From Eledone cirrhosa (lineage: Eukaryota), in the NCBI GenBank assembly GCA_964016885.1, contig OZ024740.1, positions 184,450,001-184,514,000 of the forward strand: a DNA stretch of 64,000 bases. The letters run 5' to 3'. Position numbers and translations under genes: made by a program. Below, piece after piece: positions 16,427 to 34,900 of this stretch. The stretch's first letter is position 1; every line of letters begins with the position of its first letter. The notes beneath the pieces are model-generated. The model worked only from the letters and a program-made list of their open reading frames with translations. It was not told the origin of the DNA and searched no databases.

Positions 16427-18650
16427 TCTGGCTGAGGCCATGCTGGGCACCACTCTTGTGGCAACACGTTCCATCTCCAGCCTGTGTGGCTGGCCATTGG
16501 TGTAAGAGGAAGTTCGTTGCTGCTGCCCTTGGGTTACCTTAATACCGTACTATGTCCTCATCCGAGACCCTGCATACCTGCGTGTCAAGATGTTTCTTGA
16601 AAACATCCACACCAACTTTCTTGGCAGCTTGTTGAAGAGTTGAGGGCCTTTGAACCCCAAGCTATTGCAATATCTTCTCCTTATTCTAGATGTGATGTCC
16701 TGTTTGGAGGTTGGTCCAGCACTCAAAGCCAAAGTTTGGTGCTAGTCCCTCCAGGATTTTCCATATGTATATAACTACATTTATCTCCCTTCTTTGTTCC
16801 TAAGAGTAGAGTTTCAAGTCTTTTAGCCTCTCCCAATAGCTTGTCTCCTTCATCGTGGCAATCCTCTTGGTGTAGCTTTGTTGGATTGCCTCAAGCTCCG
16901 GAATTAGTTTGATACTATGGGGTGGCCACAGCTGGGAACAATAATCCAGGCAGCTTAGGACAAATGTCCTCCATAGTGTCAACATGTTCTCTCGGTCTCT
17001 TGTTCGGAAAGTCCTCAAGATCCAGCCAGCAAGTTGTCTGCACATTTTCGCCACCCTCATGATGTGTGAACAAAACGATTCATCATCGCTCATGTCTATT
17101 CCCATGTCTCGTATCGATTTCAACACGGGAATTTCAATTCCTTCTGGTCCAGTGTAGCTGTATTGTATTTGTGTTTGCAGGTTGGTATTGTAGGGCTTGA
17201 AATGTTCCATCATTAAACTGCATATTGTTGTCCTCGGCCCATTTTTATATGGCATCCTGATCTTGTTGTAAAAGGACAGACACCATCAGTCGGGTTTTTG
17301 ATTGCCTGTGCTACCTGTGTGTCATCAGCATAGCTAGTGAGGGCATGTCTGAGAGAGCCACGAAAAACATTAGTGGTCCCAAGACTGTGTCCTGGGGCAC
17401 CCCACTTGTTACTGATGTTTCCTTTGAGAGGGCCCCATTAGCTGCAACTTCTGTCTTTTAAGAAATTATGCAGCCACTCACATATATTTCCAGTTATGCC
17501 GAGTCTGTGTAGTTTGTGACATATCATTCCGTGGTCGACCTTGTCAACGGCCTTCACAATGTCAAGATATATCACGTCCACATATAAACTGTCTAGCAGT
17601 TGTTTCAGTACCTAGTCATATTGTTGTAACAGCTGTGTAAGGCAGCCTCTTCCTAGGCGAAAACCATGCAGCATGCTAGTTAGTCAGTCATTTTCCTCGA
17701 GGAACGTGATCAGTTTCTTTCTGATGACTCATTCGATGACCTTACTGATATGTGACATCAGGGAGATTGGTCTGTAGTTTTTGGTCTCCGCTCTGCTTCC
17801 TCCTTTATGGATAAGGCATATTGTGCCTTCTTTTAGCTATCTGGGTAGTTTACCGCTAGTCAAAGAACTTCTGAAGATGATCTTCAGTGGCATTGCTATA
17901 GCATACTTACATGTTTTTAGGAGGTCTGCTGGGAATCCATCAGGTCCAGCAGCTGAGTTTGTTCTAATTTCGATTATGGCAGATATCACATCTTCTTCCA
18001 TTATGTCTATGTGGTTGATGGTCGCCTTTTTTCGTGGAGTGTTGTGGCATAAAAGAATTCCTCTGGCTTTGTTATTTGCATGTGCTTCAATGTGGGTGTC
18101 AACACATTTTTGTACTGTTCATTCAGTATTTCGCTTATTCCTTGGAGATCCTCGTTTAATGACTCATCTTTATGGAAGAGTGGCCCAAACTTGCAGTGTA
18201 CCGAGGCAGTCTCTTTTGCAAATTTAAACAAGGCCTTAGCGTTTTTTTAAATATTTTGTATGGCCCTGATTTCTCTCTCTGCCCTCTCCTTCTCATGGGA
18301 AAGATTAAGTGCAGTTTCAATTACAAGTAGTGCCTGTTTCAGATAGGGTTCATTGTTGTTATTGTGTTGTACATTTAACTGGTTTGAGAACTTAGTTCTT
18401 CGTCTCATTAGTATTTTCCTGTCTGTGGGAATAAGATTTTTGTGTACGTTTGCCTTTTTCTCTGGGACAAACTTATGGCATATAGTTTGAATTGTTGTCA
18501 TGAAATGTGTCTTGTGTGGTGGTGATGTCGCTCTCTTGTTGCTTCTGGATCTCTTTCTTGATCTATTTCCAGGTAGCCTTCTGAAAGTTAAAGCTGGATA
18601 AGTTCCCAGGGCTTCTTAATGGTTCCATGTTTGTTGACTCTCTCTGACCA
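16427..18650 (-). pseudogene. Decayed CR1/L2-group LINE (RT and C-terminal region)
   Basis: GPDGFP, NYRPISL, GVPQDTVLGP, YADDT, LDYCSQLW, SYWERLKDLKLYS in broken frames. Confidence 0.85.
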
Positions 18651-18694
18651 CATATTATTAGTACTACTAAGTTACATATATATATGTATATGAG

Positions 18695-18777
<83 letters not shown>

Positions 18778-18794
18778 AATGAGTTTATGTATAC

Positions 18795-18825
<31 letters not shown>

Positions 18826-18869
18826 AATATATGTCGGTTTTAAAGTAGTGACTATGTCACTTACTAATT

Positions 18870-18956
18870 TTCGGCGAAAGAAGGGAGGGCAGCTAACAGT
18901 CTGTTTCATGCTGCATGGCATTCATCAGAGCCACGTACTCTCCTGCCTTCGCCGAA
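18870..18956 (-). ncRNA. Type I hammerhead with extended stem I
   Basis: Reverse complement TTCGGCGAAGG...GTGGCT-CTGATGA-ATGC-CATGCA-GCAT-GAAA-CAGACTG-TT-AGCTGC...CTTTCGCCGAA; second copy at 39107-39190. Confidence 0.85.
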
Positions 18957-19085
18957 GATTATAGAAGCTGGATTCTTATATAATTGCAGTAGCTGATTAT
19001 ACAGAGCGATTGCCGGTCCACCAAAAATTATATATATCTATATATATGAGTATATATATATATATATGATATATATATGAGTATA

Positions 19086-20723
<1,638 letters not shown>

Positions 20724-20801
20724 GACGTAAAATAAGAAAATTTTAAAAATTAAAAATTAACTTACTAAAAACTTTCAAATATATATATGATATATATATG
20801 A

Positions 20802-20850
<49 letters not shown>

Positions 20851-21011
20851 TAATTAACTTAATTTTTAATTTTTAAAATTTTCTTATATTACGTCTTTCA
20901 TATAATTGTTATGCATCCCCATGCATAGAACCACAAAGGTACTAAGACATAACATATATATTTGCTAGCATGGGTACACATCTGTATACATATGTTGGTA
21001 GATATACTAAT

Positions 21012-21049
<38 letters not shown>

Positions 21050-21062
21050 AGTGTATATATAT

Positions 21063-21117
<55 letters not shown>

Positions 21118-21139
21118 AGAGGATATATATATATACATG

Positions 21140-21195
<56 letters not shown>

Positions 21196-21660
21196 AAAGT
21201 GAGGTTGGGTTGTTATTTCTCTGAGGAACTGGAATCATATTCTCACTCTGGCTGCTGTACATTTGGAACACCCCCTCCCCTGCTAATTTAGTCACCCAGG
21301 CAACAGGAATTTTTGCGTGGAATTATTAATACCTGTTTAAGTCATAAGCCCTTCTTCCATCCACCTTTCTTCATTCTGAGTGAATAAGCTGGGGCAGTTT
21401 GATCTCAAAGAATATCGAACATATTCATTAAACTGATTCCTGTTTCTCAGAGAAATAACAACCCAACCAGGAGGTGGACATTGTAACGGAGTAAAACACT
21501 TTGACGGAGTAAAACACTTTAACAACATGTGTAACTGTGTCTACCACACCAATTCGAACTGTTTGAAGATGTCACAGCCAATGATAGCTGTCACCTAATA
21601 TATATAGCAGTACATCTTTAATAAACGAAGCCAAATCTTAAATATTTGACTTAATTACTT

Positions 21661-21738
<78 letters not shown>

Positions 21739-21755
21739 TTATATATATACTCATT

Positions 21756-21804
<49 letters not shown>

Positions 21805-21809
21805 ATATA

Positions 21810-21914
<105 letters not shown>

Positions 21915-21955
21915 ATATATATATGTATATATATGTATATATATATATACATGTA

Positions 21956-21992
<37 letters not shown>

Positions 21993-21995
<3 letters not shown>

Positions 21996-22258
21996 AAAAG
22001 TCAGCTCAAAAGTGACACAGAGGAGACTGAGGTTGGCTGGACATGCTTACCGACATCCAGAGTTGACATTGCACTCAGTGCTCCTTTGGGAGCCCCTACA
22101 TGGACACACTAGAAGAGGAAGACCAAGGTTAACATATGTTGATGCCCTAAGGACAGACACTGGTCTGTTGGAGATGCAGGATATGGCAGCGATAATGAGG
22201 GACAGAGACCGCTGGAGAGAACTCGTCCATGGATCTCGGGAATTTTACCCGCCTTAGA
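21993..22258 (+). mobile_element. RTE-group LINE 3' fragment
   Basis: [12 protein letters not shown]...LLWEP...[10 protein letters not shown]...RDRDRWR C-terminal signature. Confidence 0.75.
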
Positions 22259-22328
22259 TAGATAGATATATATATATATATATATATATTTACATACATA
22301 TTATATGTATATATATATATATATATAT

Positions 22329-23115
<787 letters not shown>

Positions 23116-25795
23116 ATGGTCTGCCTCTGGGGCAACACCGACCAGATCATAAATTGGTTTACCGAGTTGCCAGATAAAGCGACCCTGAAGTTCATCCAGT
23201 TTGACATAGATAGTTACAACGCCTCTATCTCCCCATACTCTTAAATAAGGCACGCATATTAGCTAAATCTAACACTAGCCTCACTAAAAAAGTAATAGAC
23301 ATAGTTCTAGCGGCGCGTAGAACCATTGTCCAGTTCAAAGGCTCCCACTGGACCAGAATCAACAGTCCTGATAACTTCGATGTCACGATGGGGTCCAGTG
23401 ACTCAGCGCAAGCAACTGACCTGGTTGGGATATACTTCCTCCATAAGCTTAGGGACGAGATACCGGCCCTACAAGGAGGTGTATATAGGGACGACGCCCT
23501 GTTTACCGTTCGGAACCATAGCCTTTGTAGGATAGAGAACTTTAACAAACATATACACAGGTTCATCAAGTCATACGGCCTATCCGTAACTGTGGACCTC
23601 AACCACCAGGTTGTCAACTTCCTAGATGTGACCCTGGAGTTGAGTACGGGCCTATACAAGCCATACCATAAGCCTGGAGGGTGCCTTTCTTATATTAATT
23701 ATGCCTCCAACCACCCTAAGCAGACTCTCAACTCCAAGTCTATAGCATCTCACATAGAATCTCGAGGCTCTCCGCCAATCAGGATATCTTCAACCAAGGG
23801 GCAGATTACTAAAATAGGGCCTTGATAAGCGCCGGCTTTAACCGAGGAATTTCCTACATCTCTAACGCTAGCTCTAGAAACCACCCCCCTCATAAAACGA
23901 ACGTTATAGTAAGCCATACCTATAACCGATCACGCGGCGACTTCGTAGGAGTCGGATATATAGTATAGATAATCGCACTAAGGAACACGGCCGCAACGTT
24001 AATTACACTAGCGATGGCATAGGTGACTTACCACACAATAAATATCACAACCCCGGTGACAGTGACCACTGTAGCCTACTCGAATTATTCCCCTACTATG
24101 AAATCAACAAAGGCGACTGCCTACTACCAACGCCTTCCAACCAACATCTTCCTGTACATAAACATGGAAGAAGGAAGAAGAGTGCACCCGAGCAGTGAAA
24201 GGGGCACGTAATGGGCTACAGCGCATTGACATACATAAGAACGGTCACCTTGATGGAACCACCCGTAGCAAACGTACAAGGACACGTAATCGGCACCGTA
24301 ACGTCCTATGGTTCCATCCCCCACACCCCGCCCCTACTCTCGGATTGTGGCCTCCAACATACCCCGGATATTCTTAGCGAAGAACTTCACGCCCAACCGT
24401 AGGTATAGAAATATCCTTAATAGGAACAATATAAAAATATCCTTCTCTACTACTCCTAACCTAGAAGACATCATAGGAACAACGAACCACAGTAAGATCA
24501 CCAAGACACAGCACCTTAGCACAGACGTACCTACACCTGACAATAACTATATTAACAACTCCCTAGCAGCATCCAATAGTGCTGGCAACGGCCTTTACAG
24601 ACGCAACCAGCATATGACTGGGGAACATGCAGGACATGACGTGCAGAATAATAATCGTACCACCCCGCGCACTGTGGGTTGTAATGGTGGTAATGACAGG
24701 TGCGTGAGTGTAGAAAACAACGTAGATAACAACAATGATAGCCTTACCGTGGGAAGTGGAAGGAACCGCGACAGATATTGCAACTGCCGCGACAGGGACG
24801 CTTCCCCCTTAGAGGATACTGCTTGACTGATAGGGTTATATGTAGGTGCACTATAGCTAGCCACAACAACGTTAAACATTATATAGGGGCTACCTCCGGC
24901 CCGTTCAAAATTAGATTTCGACCACATCTCCACACTTTCACAAATAAGAAATTAATACACTCCACATCATTAAAAGACTTAAACATCAGCTTCTCCACGC
25001 GGTGGGATATTGTCGGCAGGGCTGCACCGTACAACTTCAAGGGGAAGTGCGATCTTTGCCTGATGGAGCTCTACCACATCATAACTGTACCCCACGAGTT
25101 CATCAGCAGCAGAGCTGAAACGACGATAAGTTTTACACATCGCTTAAAAATATCCTTCTTCAGATGGATTAAGGATGAGGAGTGAAACCGTGTACCGGGT
25201 CTCATTGCAACAAGCTTTAACACCCCGGCGGGCAGGCGCTACAAAAAAACATCTAGGAAACTAACCATGCATCCCAGACCCAGCTTCAAACGAAACAGGC
25301 GAGCAGGTGCGGAGAAAAAAACGTCTCAGAATAAGTGTTGATTACCTGACCCTGTGCGTATCGACAATGGTAAGGTTGTAACCATATCTTGTAACGGATA
25401 AAAAATTTGTCCAGGGAAAGACTGCCCTAACACCGGCTAGAGTTACCTCCCTTGACCTACTGCAAAATCATAACACGCTTTTTTTGCGAAGAATGAATTA
25501 TGACGTGAACTTAACCCCCAAAATACTTTCCGAGCAATGTATGGAACACTTTTGGTTATTTATGCCCTTGACAAGTCCAACTGGGCGAAACGGACGGAGG
25601 TGCTGTTTTAAATAAGCATGTATTAACGTTCTGTTCTCCGATTTCTGCTAACTCTCTCGCCACTAGATATTAACACTTCTAATATCTAACACTAGTATTG
25701 AGCAGCTTCTGCATACGCTATTTGGCAAATAACTACATGTATCACCTATCCTTCCTTTTTTTTCTCTCTCGATACGTAAATACTTTTTTTATAAG
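23116..25795 (+). mobile_element. 5'-truncated, frameshifted Penelope-like element (family B, Hydra-clade-like)
   Basis: FIQFDID, FDVTMGSSDSAQ, GGVYRDD, VNFLDVTL, RNVLWFHPP, CNCRDRD, HYIGATSGPFKIRF, CDLC; 3' UTR with decayed hammerhead 25564-25603. Confidence 0.88.
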
Positions 25796-25807
25796 AGTAT
25801 ATATATA

Positions 25808-25915
25808 TCGTTTCTGAATTTGTTTAGCAAGATTCTTTATCTGAAAACGTGTGTTGAAACCGATATTGTTATACTTTCGGAGGGTCATGTTGCCAATAAG
25901 AAACACACGCACCAG
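25808..25915. repeat. Short dispersed repeat, also at 34895-34942 and 50288-50502
   Basis: CGTTTCTGAATTTGTTTAGCAA and TATTGTTATACTTT.GGAGGGTCATGTTG modules shared; the 50 kb copy carries the second module as an inverted repeat. Confidence 0.7.
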
Positions 25916-25964
25916 TATATATATACATATATATATACATACATACATACATACATATATACAT

Positions 25965-25995
<31 letters not shown>

Positions 25996-26012
25996 TATAT
26001 ATACATATATAT

Positions 26013-26047
<35 letters not shown>

Positions 26048-26049
26048 AA

Positions 26050-26513
<464 letters not shown>

Positions 26514-26676
26514 TATAGATATATATACATATATATATACATGAGATTCCTGATGATTTCAAATGAATGAAACAGTTCTAGTCCTGTAGAATCTCATCTA
26601 TATTAAAACTGTTATACTCTGCTATGTATTGAGTACCTTACTTACTGTGGTTACCTCCGATTCAACCCGGAATAAC

Positions 26677-26868
<192 letters not shown>

Positions 26869-26911
26869 GTTAAATAAAAAGTCAAATGATTAAAATTTAG
26901 CTTCGTTTATT

Positions 26912-26966
26912 ACTGCTATATATATTTCAGTGACAGCCATCTTTGACTGTGACCTCTTCAGGCAGT
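26912..26966 (-). ncRNA. Type I hammerhead (CUGAAGA core)
   Basis: Reverse complement ACTGC-CTGAAGA-GGTCACAGTC...GGCTGTCACT-GAAA-TATATA-TA-GCAGT; decayed homolog at about 21557-21612 (+). Confidence 0.8.
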
Positions 26967-28019
26967 TTGAATTAGTATGGTATAGACAAGTCCATATGTT
27001 GTTGGGGTGTATAATATTGTCAATACTCTGATATGCCCAGTTCCTGGTTGGGTTGTTATTTCACTGAGGAACTGGAATCATATGAATTCAAACAAACGAA
27101 TTTCAGTGTCAAAGGTCCTCTTCTCCTCTCATTGGTCAGTTATTAGAACATTCCTCATTCTAAGTGTTCTTATTGTTGTATTTAGCTTAAACAATTGATA
27201 AAATGGTAGAAGGGAGAAGGTGTTAAAGGAACAAATAACAAAAAAAGTGTCAAACATCACATTGGTCAGTTCTGAGAGCATTCCTCAGTCAGAAGTCTAT
27301 AGAATTCTTTCTGGGGTGAGGCTCCCTGTAGTGTTTTTGTTTGCTATTGTTAAGTACATTTGACCTCTACCATTATTTTGGTAGTGTTGTTGGCGTTTTG
27401 GTCAGCTTATATCTTTTGCTGCTGCTAAAAATTTAGAAGTATCCAGTGTGTTTTTTTTCTTCATCCCTCCTGCCACCATCTCTCATAGTCGTGGTGGGGT
27501 GGGGGTTATTCCATGTATATGTAGAAATATAAGGCAATAAATGAAGAAAATAGAAAATAAATAAATAATATAATAAAATAATTAATATAATTTGTATGAT
27601 TTGAAAATAAATAAATAAATAGAGAATAAAGAATAAATGAAAAATTGGTGAAAAAGTAATGAAAATGAATATGGAGAAGTGAAAAATAATGTAGGATAAA
27701 GTGTGTGTGTGCTATAACCAATCTCAAGGTCAGAAATATGTTCTATCTCTAATATGTTCTATCTCTAGGCTATCATGGTGACTGCGCAGCCTGGTTTGTT
27801 CCCTATGGCTTGAGGGGAGTTCACAACCTAGGGTGTTGTTACTGCCCATATAGCTTGAGGCAGGTCTGGCCGAGAGGTGTTTTCATGTTCTGTAGAAGTC
27901 CCTATAGCTTGAGGGGCGTTCACATCTTCTTGTGTTGCTACTGTCCATATATCTTGAGAAAGGTCCCGGCATATATAAATATATATATATATACATACAT
28001 ACATACATACATACATACA

Positions 28020-28104
<85 letters not shown>

Positions 28105-28112
28105 GTATATAC

Positions 28113-28146
<34 letters not shown>

Positions 28147-28509
28147 TTTAAAATCAATTTTTAACATTCACATGACCTCTACCGACCAGTCAAAATTGTT
28201 TTGACCACAAGAATTGTTGCAATACAAATTGGCGCGAAACTTATTTTAATACCTCTGGAGCCACTTTTTTTCACATAAAAACAGGTAGAATTTCCAAAAC
28301 TAATCACGGACGCTCTAATCTCAAAATCACGGACGCTCTAATCTCAAAATTATTTTTGAAAAGCATTAGAAATGTGCAACCGGTAGAACTTAAAACCAAA
28401 ACTGAATACTAACCAATACTATTACTAATTTTCACTTATTCCTAATTAAACTATTTTTCACTGTGAACAATTTGTCAGCATTTTCTTTTCCGTTTACCAA
28501 TATATATAT

Positions 28510-29500
<991 letters not shown>

Positions 29501-30208
29501 AATATATATATATATATACATGTATATATATACACACACAAATACATACATACATGGTTGCTGCCAACTCGTTTTCGAGTACGGCCACTACTTTATATCC
29601 ATGTAGGAGAACCTCTAACGATGCGCTGAACGAGTGTCACTTTTTAGTCCAGCCAGCGACTTGAAAACTCTGGTACAAACACTACACTTGTGACAATTAT
29701 TGACACATAGTGCTGGGCCCATGGTACCATATGAGAACAAGTGCAGAGAGATCTTCAGATATAAATCAATGCCTGTGCCGTGAAGCTTTTATAGTGAGCA
29801 AAGGCACTGCACAAAGCCAGTCCCACTCTCTTAAGCAAGATGATGTTTACCAAAAATAAGAACAAGTCAACACCATTGGATACCATCAGGGTTGCAGGTG
29901 TTATATCAGAGTTTTCCTTCTCCTAGAATTCTGCCTTGAGAAAGGCTAAGGGGTCATCTCCCCCAGTTATTTTGGATGGCCATTGACTCTTAAGAGCTCC
30001 TTTGCCCTTTGACAGGTTTTGTTTTTAGTCCTGCTGGATGTCCAAAGTCACCCTCCTCACCAAGAAACCTTGGTGGGGTTGCCAGTTTAGTCGCCAACGA
30101 CCCGACCATGAGACAGGTTGTACTGGGATACATCTTACCAGTAGCACCAACTGGAGACCTGACATACATACATACATACATACATACATACCTACATACA
30201 TACATACA

Positions 30209-30663
<455 letters not shown>

Positions 30664-32164
30664 TTGAGTATTTAATACAATAACAGAGATAGTGTAAAGC
30701 TAAACTCTGACTGGTAACCATCTCACTCAACAAACATTAGGTTATATTTAAATATAAACCCAATTTAAGTGTTTGGGGTGCTAACAATATGTATAATGTG
30801 GAAAAACCAGTTGTATTATTTTATGAGATATAATTAAAGTTAAAGTATATCTCTTTCCAAACAATTGTTTCATTATAAGTTTTCTACAAGTTGGGAGAAT
30901 GTTTCCAGTTTATGTAGAAGCCTAATATATATTCATGTAAGAATATATTTAGGTGGGCACTTATAAATCATCAGTGGAAGCCCGTTAAACTTTGATATAA
31001 GAAAATAATTTCTTACCGCTGTCAAAAATACTTGAGTATATATATATTTTCAATTTTTGCGTGGAACTATGAATAGCTGTTTAAGTCCTAAGCCCTTCTT
31101 CCATCCAGCTTTCTTCATTCAGAGTGAATAAGCTGGGGAAGTTTGAGCTCAAAGAATATCGAACTTATTCATCAAACTTATGTATAATAATAGCAAACTT
31201 ACTGCTTTAGCGCTCAAGAACAAACACAGAACAATTGAGGAAGTCATCGTAATTATTGAAGAAATTAAAACAGAGTGAACATATTCAGGTACTGTTGAAG
31301 CTCCCTGTATATTACCGTTTGTAAAGCCCTTCGAATGACAGAAGCAATTCAATAGAACCATCCCATTTTCCATCTATAGTAGACATAACCCGAGAAAAAA
31401 CTCCATAATTAGTCGGATAAACAATCAGATGTGTTGGCCCTAAAGAGGGCCTTGTAACGTTCACTGTTGCAAAGTGTCAATAATGGGGGAGAAGTTATAT
31501 TCGTGTTAATCTGCCCATGATCCGACACCTCGAAATGTCAAAAAAATAAAATCTACTCTCAAAGACATGTTACAATTAACATGCCGAGGAGTACACTTTT
31601 TTGTAACTTATCACCGATTCCTGCAGTTGACCTTAATGTGGCCTAAGCGTGTGCACTTGTTCAGAATCCATATCAGTGGATGTGTTATATCTATATATAT
31701 ATATGTATATATACAGAGACATCTCTATATATATATATATATATCAAAATTAGATTGTCGTCTGCTGTGTTTGAAATTTCTTTATGTATATTTCTAATAA
31801 GTTGTTGCCTCGTTTTGGAGGACTGAGTTGTAGGAGGAGGAATGGGAGGGTTTAGCATACAGTAATAGTATCTCCTCTCCCCCCTCTCTCATTGAAACTT
31901 CTTGTCTTTCATCCTCCATTGTAAAGATGTCACCAGGGGTTCCAATATTGATTTTATTTAAATCCAGTTAGCCAGTCGTTTTCCTGAATATTAGCTTAAG
32001 ATGTGTGTAAAGTCTCATCAAGATGGGATCACTGGTGTAGGCGCCAGCTTGTTATACACATATACACAAACAGACAGAAATTGCCATTTATATAGTAGAT
32101 GAGTCTATATACATATGTAAATGAGTATATATATATATATATATACATATAATATGTAGATGAA

Positions 32165-33100
32165 TCATCCCAAGTTTTCTTAGATGTTCCCACTCCTTAG
32201 CTTCCGTCAACTTTATGTGGCCTGAACCTTTTTATGCAGCTGTCAGCCTTCATATGCATCATATGTCCATACCACCTCAGTCTGCTCTCCTGCACACAGC
32301 ATCTGATCCCTCTTATTCCCAGTTTCTTTCTCACTTTATTTACACTTTGCCATTCATGTATATTACTATTACACATCCACTGGAGTATGTAACATTCATT
32401 CCTTTCCAATCTGCATAGCTCCTGTACACACAGTGCCCATGTATCAGTACCATGCAGCATTGCATTTCGTATCCATACTTCATACAATCTGCCCTTCATT
32501 TTGAGGGAAAAGTCTTTTGTAGCTAACAGTGTTGGTAGCTCCCTGACTTTTTTCCATCCCATTCTCACTCTGGCTACTGTACTTTTGGAACACCCCCTCC
32601 CCTGCTAATTTAGTCACCCAGGTAACAGGAATTTTCACCTGATTCTATAGTAACCTCTAAGAATTTGATAGATCTTTTTTTCTTTTGAGTGTTTGCTGCT
32701 TACTGCTCCTGTGCAACAACCACATGTAAAACCTATGTTTATTTGCTAGTCTACCTGAGATCCTACTACATCTCTTATGAATCCTTAGTTTATATTTGAG
32801 ACAGAGGATGACATTTCTGCCCATCCCTTTCCTACACACATAGCAGGGCCATTTCTCAAAAGTGGTTGGGACCTTGTTTTCCTTACTACTTATTAGAACT
32901 TTGGTCCTTGTCAAGTTAATTTTAAGACCTTTTGATTCCATGTTATGCTTCCAGGTCAGGAATATTTTCTCCAGTTCTCCCCTAGATTTAGCTATGAGAA
33001 TTAAAACATCAGTGTATAGGAGTTTCCAAGGGCATCATGTTTTAAACTCTTCTGTTATAGCCTGGAGTACAATAATAAACAGTAGAAGGCTAAGGACGGG
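32165..33100 (-). pseudogene. Decayed RTE LINE fragment
   Basis: GLKINL..TKVL, WPCYVCRKGMGRN, KGRLY, RLRWYGH; homologous to the 41852-45870 element. Confidence 0.85.
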
Positions 33101-33208
33101 CATTTAAATAAATTGCCAAATAAATTCACTATGGAGATATAAAAGATACAGAAGCGAAAACCAACCCAAGCCAGACAGTGAGTGTGTTCTGTTATTATTT
33201 CTGGCAAT

Positions 33209-34120
33209 ACAGAGCTAAGCCTCTTATAACCCCGAAGAAAATCGGGGTTATAAGAGGCTTAGCTCTGTTTCTCGACCGTTATATCGCGTGACTATCTCCC
33301 CCTCCGCCTTTTGGGATTATTTCTCACGTCGTGTGGACGCGTTCTTGAGACTAGTAAAATGAGGTATCCTCTTGATAAGTCGGCAGACCTCGCAAGGACT
33401 CTATATCTTTATGATATATTGTTTTTGTTTATGCCACGAAACTACGTAGTCGAGGAATTTAGGAGCAGTTTAGGTATGATACATTTTATTACTAATTATA
33501 TCTAAATGTTTCTTCTCTCTTCATAATGTATTCTTAACTCTGATACTGGTTCAGTCTAGTTCAACTGAATTGGTCTGTCCCAGTCATTCATTGAGCAACA
33601 TCGGTGAAGTTGGCACCCTTAACTCACAGTTGGGTGCGGATGCATTCATGTATATATGTGTGTGTCCGCATGTATCTGTGTGTTTCTAAATATATTGTTA
33701 ATAACTCCCTCTGGTCGAGCAATCTTTGAAGTGTGGGGACAGCTGGAAAGCTTCCATTACTCATACTTCTCGCCTTCTTCACCACCTCTTCTACGGCCTC
33801 GATATAAATAGCCCCTCCGCCTCCGTTGCATTTTCTTCGGGGTTATAAGAGGCTTAGCTCTGTTTCTCAACCGTTATATCGCGTGACTATCTCCCCCTCC
33901 GCCTTTTGGGATTCTTTCTCACGTCGTGTGGACGCGTTCTTGAGACTAGTAAAATGAGGTATCCTCTTGATAAGTCGGCAGACCTCGCAAGGACTCTATA
34001 TCTTTATGATATATTGTTTTTGTTTATGCCACGAAACTACGTAGTCGAGGAATTTAGGAGCAGTTTAGGTATGATACATTTTATTACTAATTATATCCAA
34101 ATGTTTATTCTCTCTTCATA

Positions 34121-34123
<3 letters not shown>
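33209..34123 (+). mobile_element. Second locus of the 591 nt hammerhead family (about 1.5 units, 595 nt period) with a short 5' inversion
   Basis: Hammerheads at 33368-33455 and 33963-34050; fold-back CAGAGCTAAGCCTCTTATAACCCCGA...TCGGGGTTATAAGAGGCTTAGCTCTG; same 3' end CATAATGT-(TA)n as the array. Confidence 0.9.
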
Positions 34124-34177
<54 letters not shown>

Positions 34178-34820
34178 TGTATGTATATAAACAGAGAGAG
34201 AGACAACACATGCATGTGTGTTATAATTATTACATTTTGTAGGTTTGGTAGGCATAATATTATTTGTTTGTGTTATGTATGTAGGTATCTGGCATTAAGG
34301 AAAATATATCATTCATATGTTGTATCAACAGTGGTGTTGGCTGTTAGCATTCTTAGAGCTATTAAATAGGATTTGATTCATAGTCATCATCAACATCACT
34401 TAATCTCTGTCTGGCCTGCTAGGAATGTTTTTTTAAAAACATAAGTTTTATATGGGAACTACATGTTAACGGCATGTAAATCTGAAACATGTTCTTTAAA
34501 AGTTCTATAAATATTTAAAATATTTTTCAATATATATATATATATATATATAATGGTCTAAATGGATTAAAATTGATTTAATCCTGATATATATATGTGT
34601 GTGTATGTATATATATGTGTATGAATATACATATATGTATATATAGAGAGAGACATATATATATACATATATATGTAGAAACAAGCTTTTACTTTACTGT
34701 GCAAAACAGATTCAAGTATAGAATAGGTTATATATAAATACCCTAAACTTTGCAACATTAAGTATTTTCTTGTCATTTTGTGAAAAATGTTTGCTGATGG
34801 TACACTTATATGTAGTGTAC

Positions 34821-34900
<80 letters not shown>

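Noticed and set aside
27800-27970. About 70 bp imperfect direct repeat (similar case at 35265-35490)
   Set aside because: Two diverged copies only; ordinary local duplication with no supporting structure
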